Shown piece after piece: positions 40,796 through 52,878 of a DNA stretch of 64,000 bases. Each line of letters begins with the position of its first letter. Within the stretch, counting starts at the first letter, position 1. Source of the DNA: Octopus vulgaris (taxonomy: Eukaryota); NCBI GenBank assembly GCA_951406725.2, contig OX597827.1, positions 41,292,001-41,356,000 on the forward strand. The letters are read 5' to 3'. The notes beneath the pieces were generated by a model. That model searched no databases and was not told the origin of the DNA. It was given only the letters and a program-made list of their open reading frames with translations. The position numbers and the translations under genes were made by a program.

Positions 40796-41796
40796 CTCAC
40801 ATACACACACACACGTTTCCACCCTCACCTACCCCCGTTAAATATTATTGTTGGTTTCTCTTTGGTCTCTTTGTGGTTTGAAATTCTGAATAGATAATGG
40901 TATTTTTATAAATCAAAAATTGTGGAAGGGGAGGGAATGCAAGTTTTGGCTTTTGAGAATGGAATTGAAATTGAAACTCTTAATCAGAATTCAACCAAAA
41001 TCATAATTACTAAAATTATTGGGTACTGGATGGGGGAGAGGGAGGAAGTACCAGTTTTTATTATGATTGACATTTCAATCTTAATTTTTGAGACTTATTA
41101 TGAAACTCACCATCCCTACTGCCTGGTGCTGTTTTTTGAAATATTTTAGCAATTCAAATTGTTACACACACATATTCCCATATGTGCACATACACACTCC
41201 TCTGTGTGTGTCTGTGTATGTATAATACAACTAATAAAGTGTTAGAGAAAATACCTTGTGGTACTTTAGTTATGGTATTTACTCTTAAGTCACACTCTCT
41301 TGTACTTGATTCTAACTGAAAAAAACTGGGGTACATACATCCTATATATGGGGCAAAACTAAAACTATATATAAAAAGTTATGCCAAAATTTAACACTAA
41401 AGTAGGGGTCCGACATATATGCAAGTAAATAGGGGATATCTTCTATGTACTGAGCTCAAATCCAGTTGCGGGTGGTGGTCAGTGAAGTTAGTATTATTCA
41501 AGTCCTGGGTTTAATCAAGTCGCTTACTTCTTCCAAACATATTTGTGGCTTTGTACCAATATTAACTATTGCTATTAATACTGAGGTTGACTTGCCTTTC
41601 ATCCTTTCAGGGTTCATGAAGATAATCAACTTAACCCCCCCCCCCCGAAATTGCTGGCGTTGTGCTAACATTTGAAACCATTATTGTTGTGATGTTTAGG
41701 TTGTGTACAACAAAAACAAGTGTGTGGTGTTAGTCGGTCTTTTTATAGTATTTGAAATCTTATCACATTTGATAAATATAGGGACCAGGTAATAAA

Positions 41797-41829
<33 letters not shown>

Positions 41830-41832
<3 letters not shown>

Positions 41833-41959
41833 GGTGTCCCAAAAAATGTATACACACCTTAAATAATTGTAAATTTATTATTCTTTGTAAGCCTAGTACT
41901 TATTCTATTGTTCTCTTTTGCCGAACCACTATGTGTATACATTTTTTTGGGACACCCTG
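41830..41959. mobile_element. 130-bp Tc1/mariner-type MITE in (TA)n
   Basis: TIRs cagggtgtcccaaaaaatgtatacaca / tgtgtatacatttttttgggacaccctg; TA follows the right TIR. Confidence 0.88.
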
Positions 41960-41991
<32 letters not shown>

Positions 41992-42729
41992 CACACACAC
42001 ACATGCATATATGGGTACAGGATGTCACCAACAGTGCAAATAACATGAAATATGTAAACAATGAGAAAAAATGAAAACAGGACAAGCAAACACAGAGAAA
42101 GGACTCTTCGTCAGTTGTCGGCTGTCTATCTACTCATTTCGAGCATTCAACAACAATATGTGTCTTCAAAGACAGTTGCTCCCATAAATTCCAAAATAAA
42201 ATTTAGGATTTATGGAGGGTCAAAGTAGGGAACAAAAAAGTGGCAGTGGAGACCTGCAAGGAAACCGAATGAAAACATACATGAAGGGTCGTTAGACCAG
42301 AACTAGAGGAAAATAGTGAACACTGGGAGAAACATTTGTTTTTGAAAGAAAGTTGTATTATAAGAATAGCCAATTCTATATAATGAGCTTGATTGCCAAA
42401 GTTATAAATTATTATTGTTGACTAGGAGCAGAGATTGGCGGGATCATTAGAGTATTGGACAAAATTCTGTGGTATTTAGTGATAATTGATTAGGATCCAA
42501 GTTCAAATTCACCTTTTATCTTGCCAAGGTCAATAAAATAAAATACCAGTTAAGTACTGGTGGGTGGTGGGCTGGGTATATAATTGACTAACCCCTCTCT
42601 CTCCCTTGTGCTTATGTCAGAAATGATAATTATTATTGGTTGTTATTTCTAGCAGATTGAGTGACTGTGTAAGTGTGTGCAAAATGTCAAGATAAAGCAT
42701 AGGACAAAATGGATTGATTAGTTAGAGAG

Positions 42730-42985
42730 CTAGTCCACATTACTCTGTAAAGAGCACAGGGCTGTGGCCATTTCGTGCCAGTGGATGTGATCTTGGGCTA
42801 CTTCTTTGATTTCAGACCAAGAAAGACCGACTTCTTTCACTTCATCCTTTGCACATCCTTTCCAGATCTTCTTAGGTTGTTCTACTTTCTTCTTTCCTTC
42901 TGGTTGCCATCTAACACTTGTCTTGCAATGCTGCTCAGAAGTCTTCTTAGAGTGTGATTGGTCCAGCCCCATTTACTTTGGGGCT
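42730..42985 (-). mobile_element. Degenerate RTE-like LINE 3' end (second subfamily)
   Basis: Frameshifted KWGWTNHTLRR..IARQVL / WQPEGKKK..PKKIW...GLSWSEIKEVAQDHIHWHEMATALCS resembles the RTE C-terminus. Confidence 0.75.
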
Positions 42986-44070
42986 GGGAAACAAAAACAG
43001 AAAAAAGAAAATGGGACAAAGTGCTTTGCATTATTTCTCCTAGCTTCTTATGTATTGAGTTCAAATTCCATCATGGATAACTTTGCCTTTCATTCTTCTG
43101 GAGTTAATAAAATATCAGTCAAGTACTGGGCTTGATGGTATCAGCTAAACACCACCACCCTTCCTCAAAATTGCTAGCTTTGTATTTCTAAACCAGAGAA
43201 TTATTTTTAATGTTATTATTACCATGTAGCTGAAGAATGAATGGATCTTTGGGATTGTGTGTGCCACATTCCTGATAATTACATTGATTAAATTCCTTCA
43301 GTTTATTGTTAGTCTCCGATGAATTAAAGCTGCTTGGGCAATTGGCTTAGAGATTCCTTCCATAACTGGAGGACAGTATTGCTAGTGAGAGATGTGAACC
43401 ATTATCAGTTGGTGAACCAAACAGTCTATCTATCTATTTATTCATCCATCCACCCACCCCCACACACAAAAGCAAGCATGTATGTATGTGTGTGTGTGTG
43501 CATGCACACACAGTTACTTGATCTGCTGGAAACCACTGCCTAATAACCTCTCTTTTTCATTCATTCCAAATGTATTAAAAATATCAAGGACATATTGGAG
43601 AGTGTAGTCTCAGGCATAATGAAAAGGCAACTGGCTGGTCATGTTTGGAATGCCATTGATCATTGATCTGTTTAATCAGCTCTGTCCTGGGTGCTAAGCA
43701 GCGACTACAGCGCCAACACCACTGCCACATATTGCTATATTTCTTTAATGTGTCACTGGTGCTGCATAAATAAATGAATAACCAAATAAGACAAACCCAT
43801 GTGCACACAGCAACTATTCTTCGCCAAAAGAGTTTGAAATTCGTGCAGTGCAAATGACATCAGTGTGTGTGTGTGTATGTGTGTCTGTGTGTATGCATTG
43901 CACACTGCATGCCCTGGGTAGCTGATACAGTATTTTAGGCAATGGTGAATGCATTTGATTGGAATTTTGCTCTCCCTCTCTCTCGCTCTTTCTTTCTCTC
44001 TCTCTCCCTCCCCCCTTCTGTGTATGTGTGTCTTTTTCAAGCCATCTCAGAGCCATTCCTTTTGGCTTCA

Positions 44071-44124
<54 letters not shown>

Positions 44125-44283
44125 ACACACACACTCGCACACATGTGCTTATTTTCTTTCTGTACATCACAACTTATATCAACTTATATTTTTTTACCCT
44201 ATAGGAAAGTACAGATATATGTGAATTGAATTGAGTTGTTTGTGTGCTGCTGTTGTTGTTACTCAGCCTCAGGCAAACTCTGA

Positions 44284-44800
44284 TTGACCAATGATCAAAG
44301 CATTCCACCTATGACCATCTCATTTAATCTTCAGGCAATTTATCATAACCAGAACTACGTTAACCATCGCATCCATTTTTCTTCTTCTTCTTTTAATTTA
44401 ACAAAGTATGCTTTAAGTGGAATTGCGCTGTTATTTCTAGCTGATCAAGGAACTGCATAGATGTTATTGATAGTAACGTTTTCAGTTACAGTTACGAATG
44501 CATGCGTATGCACATACATGCATTCTTTTGTGCATGTGTGTGTGTGTGTGTTGACCAACGATCAAAGCATTCCACCTATGACCATCTCATTTAATCTTCA
44601 GGCAATTTATCATAACCAGAACTACATTAACCATCGCATCCATTTTTCTTCTTCTTCTTTTAATTTAACAAAGTATGCTTTAAGTGGAATTGCGCTGTTA
44701 TTTCTAGCTGATCAAGGAACTGCATAGATGTTATTGATAGTAACGTTTTCAGTTACAGTTACAAAATGCATGCGTATGCACCTACATGCATTCTTTTGTT
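44284..44800 (+). repeat. 267-bp tandem duplication
   Basis: ttgaccaa(t/c)gatcaaagcattcc at 44284 and 44551; a few substitutions. Confidence 0.93.
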
Positions 44801-45735
44801 CATGCATGTGCATACATGCATGTGTGTGTACTTAGTGCATGCAGTCATGTTCATACGCTATCTACATGTATGCATGCAGTGTTTCTAAGCATGTTATCTT
44901 GTATATGTCGGGCATCTGTTCAATACATGTGTGTTTTGTGCAGCACATGTGCATGCATGCTTGGCTTATCAATGAAATGACTGAATAAATTGCGAAGACA
45001 TCCATGGTATTTGTTTTGTGGGGTGGGTTGGGTTGGGGGGTGCGATGGTAGATGCAGTAACGTGTGTGTGTGTGTGTGTGCGTGTGTCTGTGTGGTGGTA
45101 ATGTGAACAAAAACAGATTTCACATATGCTAGAGCCTCTTATGCTGCTGCTGCTGCTGCTACTACTACTACTACCTATGGTATTCCTCTGTTGTTACTTC
45201 TATCTTTAACTCTTCCTCCAACACTACCTCCTCCTCCACCTCCACCCCCTCTCACTCCTGCTACTACTGTTACTACTCCATCTCTGTTACTATTATTACT
45301 ATTTCACTGTATTCCCTATCGCTGCTACTATTACTACATTGCTGCTGCTGCTACTACTACTGCTGCTGCTACCACCACCACCACCACCATCATCACTACC
45401 ACCACCACCACCACCACCACTACCCCATGCTCTTTGCTTTTTAGTGATGTTTTCACCATCTCCTCATGCTACTGGTTTCCACTAGTAAAGACAGAGCCTC
45501 TGTTATAGTCTCTCAACCTGTTAGTAAATAGAAGCTAAATGCCCTCAAATTACATCCTTAAAATAATAAAATAATAAGAGTCCTAGTTAATAAGTCCTAC
45601 GTAGTGGGTTAATCTTGGCTGGGATGTCTTTGATCAAAGATAGAAACCTGCTCAGGTAATCCTACAACTGCTGCTACTTATTAATTAATGATGCTGTTAA
45701 TTAAAAATAAACACAAAATAAATAAAAAAAAACCC

Positions 45736-45766
<31 letters not shown>

Positions 45767-46150
45767 CAAAAACAGTCATCCAGTTGTAGCCATGCTGAGA
45801 CACTGGTACCTCTGTGAGGTTTTGCTTTTCTGTATTTAGTGAATGTGTGTGTCTTGTTGCCATGTAGGTTCATCGCAGTGTAAGTGGGGGATGTCCAAGT
45901 GCTTGCTGTATGCAAATGTTATCAACCACACACAATGATTCCTCTATGGCTTGAGGAAGGACATTGAATAGTTGTGTTACCTTGAAACTAAAAAGGAGTG
46001 TTCTGCTGCTGCTGCCACTACTACTACTACTACTGCTACTGCACCACCACCCTTACCACCATCACCACATTGTATTCATAATTAAGTTTAGACAAGATAA
46101 TCATGTAATGAAGGAAATGAAAATTGCTCTCTAGTAGGTGTGGTGTGTAA

Positions 46151-46198
<48 letters not shown>

Positions 46199-46460
46199 TG
46201 TGATGCTAATAAGCTATATGTATGCCTCTGAATAAAACTTTACTCGAGTACAGAGCTGTAATTAGAAAAAGAGATGACAAAGGAATAAGTGGTTATCTTA
46301 TGAAACTATAAGGTGTTACTCAGGTACTCGACTATGAATGCGCCACAGCTATAAGCTAAAGCTTATATGATAATTGTCTATTATTTTGGCATCTCTTTTT
46401 CACATACATATTTATATCTATATCTCTATCTATCTATCCATTCATCCATCCATCTATATA

Positions 46461-46812
46461 TGTGGCTGTGTGGTAAAAAGCTTGCGTCCCAACCACATGG
46501 TTTTGGGTTCAGTCCCACTGCGTGGCACCTTGGGCAAGTGTCTTCTATTATAGTCTTTGGCCAACCAAAACCTTGTGACTGTATTTGGATAACGGAAACT
46601 GAAAGAAGCCCTGTGTATGTGTATGTATATATTTGTGTTTGCCCCCAACCCATCCATGCTGGTTTGTTTATGTCCCCATAATTTAGCTGTTCAACAAAGG
46701 AGTCTGATAGAATAAGTACTAGGTATACAAAGAATAAGTCCTAGGGACGATTTGTTCGAGTAAAGGCGGTGCTCCAGCATGGCCACAGTCAAATGACCGA
46801 AACAAGTAAAAG
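46461..46812 (+). mobile_element. SINE family A
   Basis: Head-to-tail with the next copy. Confidence 0.88.
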
Positions 46813-46841
46813 TATATTTATATATATATATATATATATAT

Positions 46842-47275
46842 AGGTGCAGGAGTGGCTGTGTGATAAGTAGCTTGCTAACCAACCACATGGTTCCGGGTTC
46901 AGTCCCACTGCGTGGCATCTTGGGCAAGTGTCTTCTGCTATAGCCCCGGGCCGACCAATGCCTTGTGAGTGGATTTGGTAGACGGAAACTGAAAGAAGCC
47001 TGTCGTATATATGTATATATATATATATATATATATAAGTGTGTGTGTATGAGTTTGTGTGTCTGTGTTTGTCCCCCTAGCATTGCTTGACAACCGATGC
47101 TGGTGTGTTTACGTCCCCGTCACTTAGCGGTTCGGCAAAATGGACCAATAGAATAAGTACTGGGCTTACAAAGAATAAGTCCCGGGGTCGATTTGCTCGA
47201 CTAAAGGCGGTGCTCCAGCATGGCCGCAGTCAAATGACTGAAACAAGTAAAAGAGTTAAAAGAGAGTTAAAGAGT
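46842..47275 (+). mobile_element. SINE family A (young, near consensus)
   Basis: Intact Pol III A/B boxes; CpGs retained. Confidence 0.92.
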
Positions 47276-47532
47276 ATATATATAGTGAAGATGAAGGGAC
47301 TTAGCAATATATTTTATTCGACTCACAGTCAGCTTTGTCGACATTGTGACTTTTCTCTGGGTAAAGTCACATCATCAGTAACTGTTTCAATGTTATGTTT
47401 TGAAATAATTATCTTATTTTAACGCGTGCGTGCACGCACACAATGGTGAGAGGCTGATTTAGGTTAACCATCTGCGCAAAAGACAACAGTGAAGATAGGG
47501 CCAGCATATTTACTGTAGCAGGGAAAAGAAAA

Positions 47533-47745
47533 CTCTTTCTTTTACATTCACTTGTTTCAGTCATTTGACGGCGGCCATGCTGGGGCACTGCCATTAGTCG
47601 AGCAAATCGACCCCAGAGCTTATTCTGTGTAAGCATAGTACTTATTCTATCGGTCTCTTTTGCCGAACTGCTAAGATACGGGGATGTAAACACACCAGCA
47701 TCGGTTGTGAAGTGATGTTGGGTGGACAAACACGGACACACACAA

Positions 47746-47801
<56 letters not shown>

Positions 47802-47964
47802 GACGTGCTTCTTCCAGTTTCAGTCTACCAAATCCACTCACAAGGCTTTGGTCGGCCTGAGGCTATAGTAGAAGACACTTGCGCAAGGTGCCACACAGTG
47901 GGACTGAACCCATGACCATGTGGTTGGTAAGGAAGCTACTTACCACACAGCCACTCCTGTGCCT
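47533..47964 (-). mobile_element. SINE family A, inverted relative to 46842-47275
   Basis: Full-length reverse complement. Confidence 0.92.
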
Positions 47965-48049
47965 AGTTAGTTAATAATACTTGTACTGTGCAAGGCAGGC
48001 ATAAACTCAATATTAACTTTTAATCTGCTTTTGGCAAATATTGGCAACA

Positions 48050-48092
48050 AATCCTGACATGTTTCAGTTTTATTAGTCCTCGTCAGTGACGT
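48050..48092 (-). ncRNA. Decayed minimal type I hammerhead ribozyme motif
   Basis: Minus strand CTGACGA-ggactaataaaact-GAAA-catg-TC: intact core and palindromic stem III; stems I and II are eroded. Confidence 0.4.
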
Positions 48093-48859
48093 ATAACCTT
48101 CTGTCTTTGATTAGTGAAGAGATTTTTTTAAAAAAGATAACTAACTTTATGGTTATGTTTTCCTATGGATAGCATTCATGAGTAATTTCCTTCAATCGTA
48201 ATGTAATTTTTGATGCCTACTCATTTGCACTGTTGTACATCAATATAGTTGACTGTTTGGAAAAAAAAAAAAACTAAAAATATAAAGTTGAACTGAAGAG
48301 GTGTAACAAGAGCGAAACATACCTGCTATGGTCACCAATACTTAATGAGGTCATAACACTTTAGATAAATATTAATTATTGAGCTAATATTTTTATTTCT
48401 TATTGCTTAGGTGTTATTGATTCTTTAGACTGTTCTCCCTTGGCCTAAATATGTGTGTGTGTGTGTGTGTGTGTGTTCGCGCGTACATGTGCGTGCGTAC
48501 TCACTCGCTCCTAATTTGTATATTCGTTGTTCTCCTGACTTTTGATAATCTCTGGTTTAATGTTATCTGCTTTTCGCTGTTGTCTCGCAAAAATTATATT
48601 TGTGATATCAGTCAACACTTTCAGTCTGCTCTGATTTATGCCCCTTCCCGTGATTATTTTCCTGAGATAATCTCTCAGTATCAGGATTTCTTTGAAAGCT
48701 TCTACAAGACAGGAGCTTATGGGTTTTAATATCAGCGGAGTAGATTTTCTTTGTAATTCAATAATTTGTTCCAAATATTGGTTCCAGTACTGTCTTGTTG
48801 GTCACTGTACCGTTGTTTGCCGCACATTTTATAAGACATTTTCATCAAAACTTAACTAA

Positions 48860-49263
48860 GGACCTTTTCGGTTTGAACGGCAGTTTTTTCTAGCGGTCTC
48901 ATATGAAATTGTCACCCATAATTATGACCCTAGTATCGATCTATTTGCATTTCAATCTGTTTTAGGGTTAGGGGTGGGGGGAAGGGTATCTTTTTTTCTT
49001 CAGAAATGTAAATAAACCCAATCTGTTTCTTAAACGAGGGACATATTCATACAGCACAGAATGTTTTCACCTCAATAGACGTCATTGATTGGTTGAAATT
49101 GAAGAAAAACAACAACAAATATCTTACAAACTATAGAATTTTCTCAATGACGCCAAGAGAAAAAAATGTTTTATAAACACATTCTACCAATATACGAAGT
49201 TTAAAAGTGTTTAGTTACGTGGAAATTATTTTTAAAAAACTGCCGGTTAAACCGAAAAGATCC
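48860..49263. mobile_element. 404-bp MITE with 30-bp TIRs
   Basis: ggaccttttcggtttgaacggcagtttttt ... aaaaaactgccggttaaaccgaaaagatcc (3 mismatches); no clear TSD. Confidence 0.85.
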
Positions 49264-49699
49264 GGTAGCAGGAATGTTAGTTTGCGTTTTTCCCTAGTTT
49301 TACTACCAAGAAGGAGGATTTCTTAAGTTACAAATTTACCTCTGCGTGTGTGCGTGCGCGCACGACCACTAAAAAAGGATGTTATTGAAGGGGCGTAATT
49401 CTGTAGCAATAAGCAAATTTGTAGAACTGCAGAATCTTACTGATATTTAGTTTATCGACTCTAGACGGATGAAAGTCTACGCCGATAAGCCTTGAATAAT
49501 GATAATTATAAAAATAAGTAATTTCAAGGAAAATGGATTGCATAATTAGTAAGAGTGTTGGATAAAGTTACTTCTTGTATTGAAGTTATATCTCTTTATG
49601 TTCTCGATTTCACCATTCGACATTTGTGCCTCTGTTGCTATGTTACTCGTCATGTAGAAAAACGTGTGGATTGTAATTGACATTGTTATTAGATCACTG

Positions 49700-50255
49700 A
49701 TTAGGCAAAATCGGTTTGTACGTCAGTTAAAACCGCTTAGCAGCATATTTCTTCCGGCTTCTGAGTTCAAATTCCCCGGAGATTGACTTTTTTGTCTTTC
49801 ATCCTTTCGGGGTCAATGAAAAGAAAAGTACGAGTTGCTCACAGGGGTTAAATGTAATCGACAAGACTCCCTCCCCACAAATTTCAGGTCTTGTGTCTGT
49901 AATAGAAAGAATTGGAACATAGATAAACAGTAAAACGATGCGACCATAAAACCATTGCGGCATTTATCCGCAGTAGTCGGTCTTGTCTTTGAAGTGTCCG
50001 AAATTGATAAAATAAATACCGCTCAGGGAGTGAGATCGATCTATTCTTTCACCAAAGGAAAATTATTGGAATCGGTAAAACAGTGCTTCTGTAGTTACGT
50101 CCCTTGATATTCTTCGTTCAATTCCTGCCAAGGTCGACCTAAACCTTTGTATTCTATCGGAGTGAATAAAATTAGCACCAGACAAGTACTTGGGTCGGTT
50201 AAATGGCCTACACCCCTTCCTCAGATTTATGAAATTATGCCTGTGTTGGAAATCA
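49700..50255 (+). mobile_element. SINE family B copies (two or three, diverged but CpG-rich)
   Basis: ctttcatcctttcggggtcaatga; aaggtcgacct..tatcggagtgaataaaattagcaccag. Confidence 0.75.
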
Positions 50256-51183
50256 TTACTGTTTGTTTAGGTTATTAATTACATTGTTTTCCGTATAAAT
50301 TGGTTGGTTCACTTATCACAAATAGTTGTCTCCCTTCTGCAACCGTTAACCTCTTGATTTTCTAGGAAGCTGTGTGTCGGGTATGTGTGAATGATCTAGT
50401 AGTTTGGTTTTAAAATAAAATGGGTATATTGTTCTGTCAAGGAGAAGAAACTGAGGCTAACCTTTCGAGGTGGAGTAAGAGAAAGCATAACATCTAAATC
50501 AAGAGTTTTTATTGACAATTTTTGGATTAATGGGGAGGGGGGATGCAATTTTTTTTTAAAAAGCATATTTAAGCTTTTTTTCCAAAAATTGTTATTTATA
50601 TGTTGTAATAATGTAATGTGATGAAAATGAGTTATTTTCATATATTTTCTCAATTTTTGTGAACCCTGTAACTGTTTCAACTGCAACAAAAAGTAAACAA
50701 CAAAAATGAGCTGTAGGAAGGAAAGTAAAATATCATTGAAATTAAGATTTAAAAATATATATATTTTTTTAATCGTATTCTTTTAATTAAATAAAAAGAA
50801 TATTGTGGCCATTAATGTTAATTTTGGTACTAGGTCGTGTAAAAGTACCATCAAGCCCATCAAAGTTGTCCCCCTTGTGTATTTAAAAAAAAAAAAAATT
50901 CTCCACGTGGTGGAAAATATGTACTTAATAAATGATTACAAAGCTAATATAAGCCTTTCCTTCTCTTGACATTTGTAAATGAAGCATGTATTACACCTCC
51001 GTTCGACATAACCTTTGTTGGGTGACTTATTGGGTAAAAATAGGTTTGGGGGAATAGGCATACCCACTTCACAGAATTAGTGAGAGGAAAAGGTGAAATG
51101 ATACATGCCTTAATAGTTTAGTCTTTGCTGTCATCATCATCATCATATCATAGTAGTGGTTATAATCAACGATTCTTCTATGG

Positions 51184-51385
51184 CTTTTACTCTTATACTT
51201 GTTTCAGTCATGTGACTGTGGCCATGCTGGAGCACAGCCTTTAGTCGAGCAAATCGATCCCCAGGACTTATTCTCTGTAAGCCTAGTACTTATTCTATCG
51301 GTCTCTTTTTGCCGAACCGCTAAGTTACGGTGGACGTAAACACACCAGCATCGGTTGATAAGCGATGTTGGGGGGGACGGGAGAT

Positions 51386-51445
<60 letters not shown>

Positions 51446-51606
51446 TGGGCTTCTTTCAGTATCCGTCTGCCAAATCCACTCACAAGGCTTTGGGTGGCCC
51501 GAGGCTATAGTAGAAGACACTTGCCCAAGTTGCCATGCAGTGAGACTGAACCCAGAACCATGTGGCTTGTAAGCAAGCTACTTACCACACAGCCACTCCT
51601 ATGCCT
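51184..51606 (-). mobile_element. SINE family A
   Basis: Full length with internal (CA)n. Confidence 0.9.
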
Positions 51607-52530
51607 ATAATTCTGTAACGTTTAAGTGTTTAGTATATATCAAATTAGAATAGTTTGGGTTAGCTTACACAAATCATTTTGTATTGCAGATATTACTCAT
51701 TAAACCTCACCGTGCACTTATGGCATGGAGATCAGTGCACGTCAAACGCAGCTTATATTAAAGTGTAAATTGTTACTCACTAATCTCAGGTAAAATAATT
51801 TACACGTCACATTCTCAGCAGGTAACCTTTACTTCAAAGGTTGTTACACATCAGCATTTAATTTTTTTGTTTCCCATGTTGGTATGAATTGCATGGATTT
51901 TGGGGGATTTAAAAACGAATATTAGATAAAGCTTATCCTCAGATCCTATACTTTGAAAGATTATTTAAGAATATGGATCAGAATTTGAAACATTAATATT
52001 GTCTGATATTTATGACTATTATTAATGCTACTGTCTGGGAGTAGATTTAAGGTTGGAGTTAGTTTCCATTAGGTTTTATTTATATATCTTTTTAAAAATT
52101 TTCTGTAAATCAGCTACATTTACATATTTAAGAATATTTTATCAACACACTAAAACTTAGGGTTTTGTGGGACTGGAATGTTTATTTTCAATTATACACA
52201 CATGGAAGCCAGTAAAAGTAGATACTTAAAGAATTTGTATCGATACCATTAAAACTTGAATGTAGAGGTCTTCTTGTGTAGTTGTGCTACAGAGGAAGGA
52301 ATTTCGTAGTTTCTTCACTATTGAAAGGAATTTGAGTGTGTGTATACTTCATTCTGGATAAGTTAACAATATCATGTAAACTCTGGTATGTGTATGCAAG
52401 TGTATTTATACAGATGTTACACACTGACATGATGTATATACCACTATATTGTATTACCTTGTATTGTAATGTTGATCTTTGTTGCTTTTGTAGCAAAAGA
52501 AATTATTATTATTATTATTATTCATTTCAG

Positions 52531-52588
52531 ATATGGATGTATATTACTGATTGATTTGGGTTTTTTTTACAATGGCCGATTCCACATG
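52531..52588 (+). other. Candidate 58-nt upstream exon
   Basis: Acceptor ttattcatttcag| and consensus donor ATG|GTGAGT; contains acaATGG (strong context) at 52572. Confidence 0.4.
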
Positions 52589-52656
52589 GTGAGTATGAAT
52601 AGCGGTTCTTTTGCTTTGTTTGTGTTAGAAAGATTCTTTTCTATAGCTTTGTGTAA

Positions 52657-52878
52657 CCTGTTCGCATTTTAAACCAGCTATATCCTACCCAAATATTCTA
52701 CCCTTTTTATGTTCAGACCAGACAGATCTAGCTTCTCGTATCTGCCCTACAATGTCATTCTAAAAATATACAACTGCGTCATCAAAATGTTGAAGCTACA
52801 AGATAAGACATGATTACTTTAAAACAAATGTGAATAAATAAGCATTACATTTGACAGAAAAATCTAAATTCGAAAGAG
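52657..52878 (-). mobile_element. Diverged inverted copy of the 17773-17992 piggyBac-like MITE
   Basis: cctacaatgtcattctaaaa..ataagcattacatttgacaga..gagTTAA. Confidence 0.7.

Larger units (their letters stand above)
47300..51000. promoter_or_regulatory. CpG-retaining (probably hypomethylated) island; candidate promoter/regulatory region
   Basis: By-eye count of about 35-40 CpG in 49300-50400 versus about 8 in 52000-53000; even diverged SINE copies here keep their CpGs. Confidence 0.45.

Noticed and set aside
42095-42145. Permuted hammerhead (minus strand GAAA...CTGACGA)
   Set aside because: Stems I and III cannot be formed convincingly; probably part of an old repeat.
46842-46915. tRNA gene
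   Set aside because: A/B boxes are present but there is no full cloverleaf; it is the head of a multi-copy SINE.
48511-48774. 87-aa minus-strand ORF as a host gene
   Set aside because: No ATG start, no recognisable domain and no flanking splice evidence.
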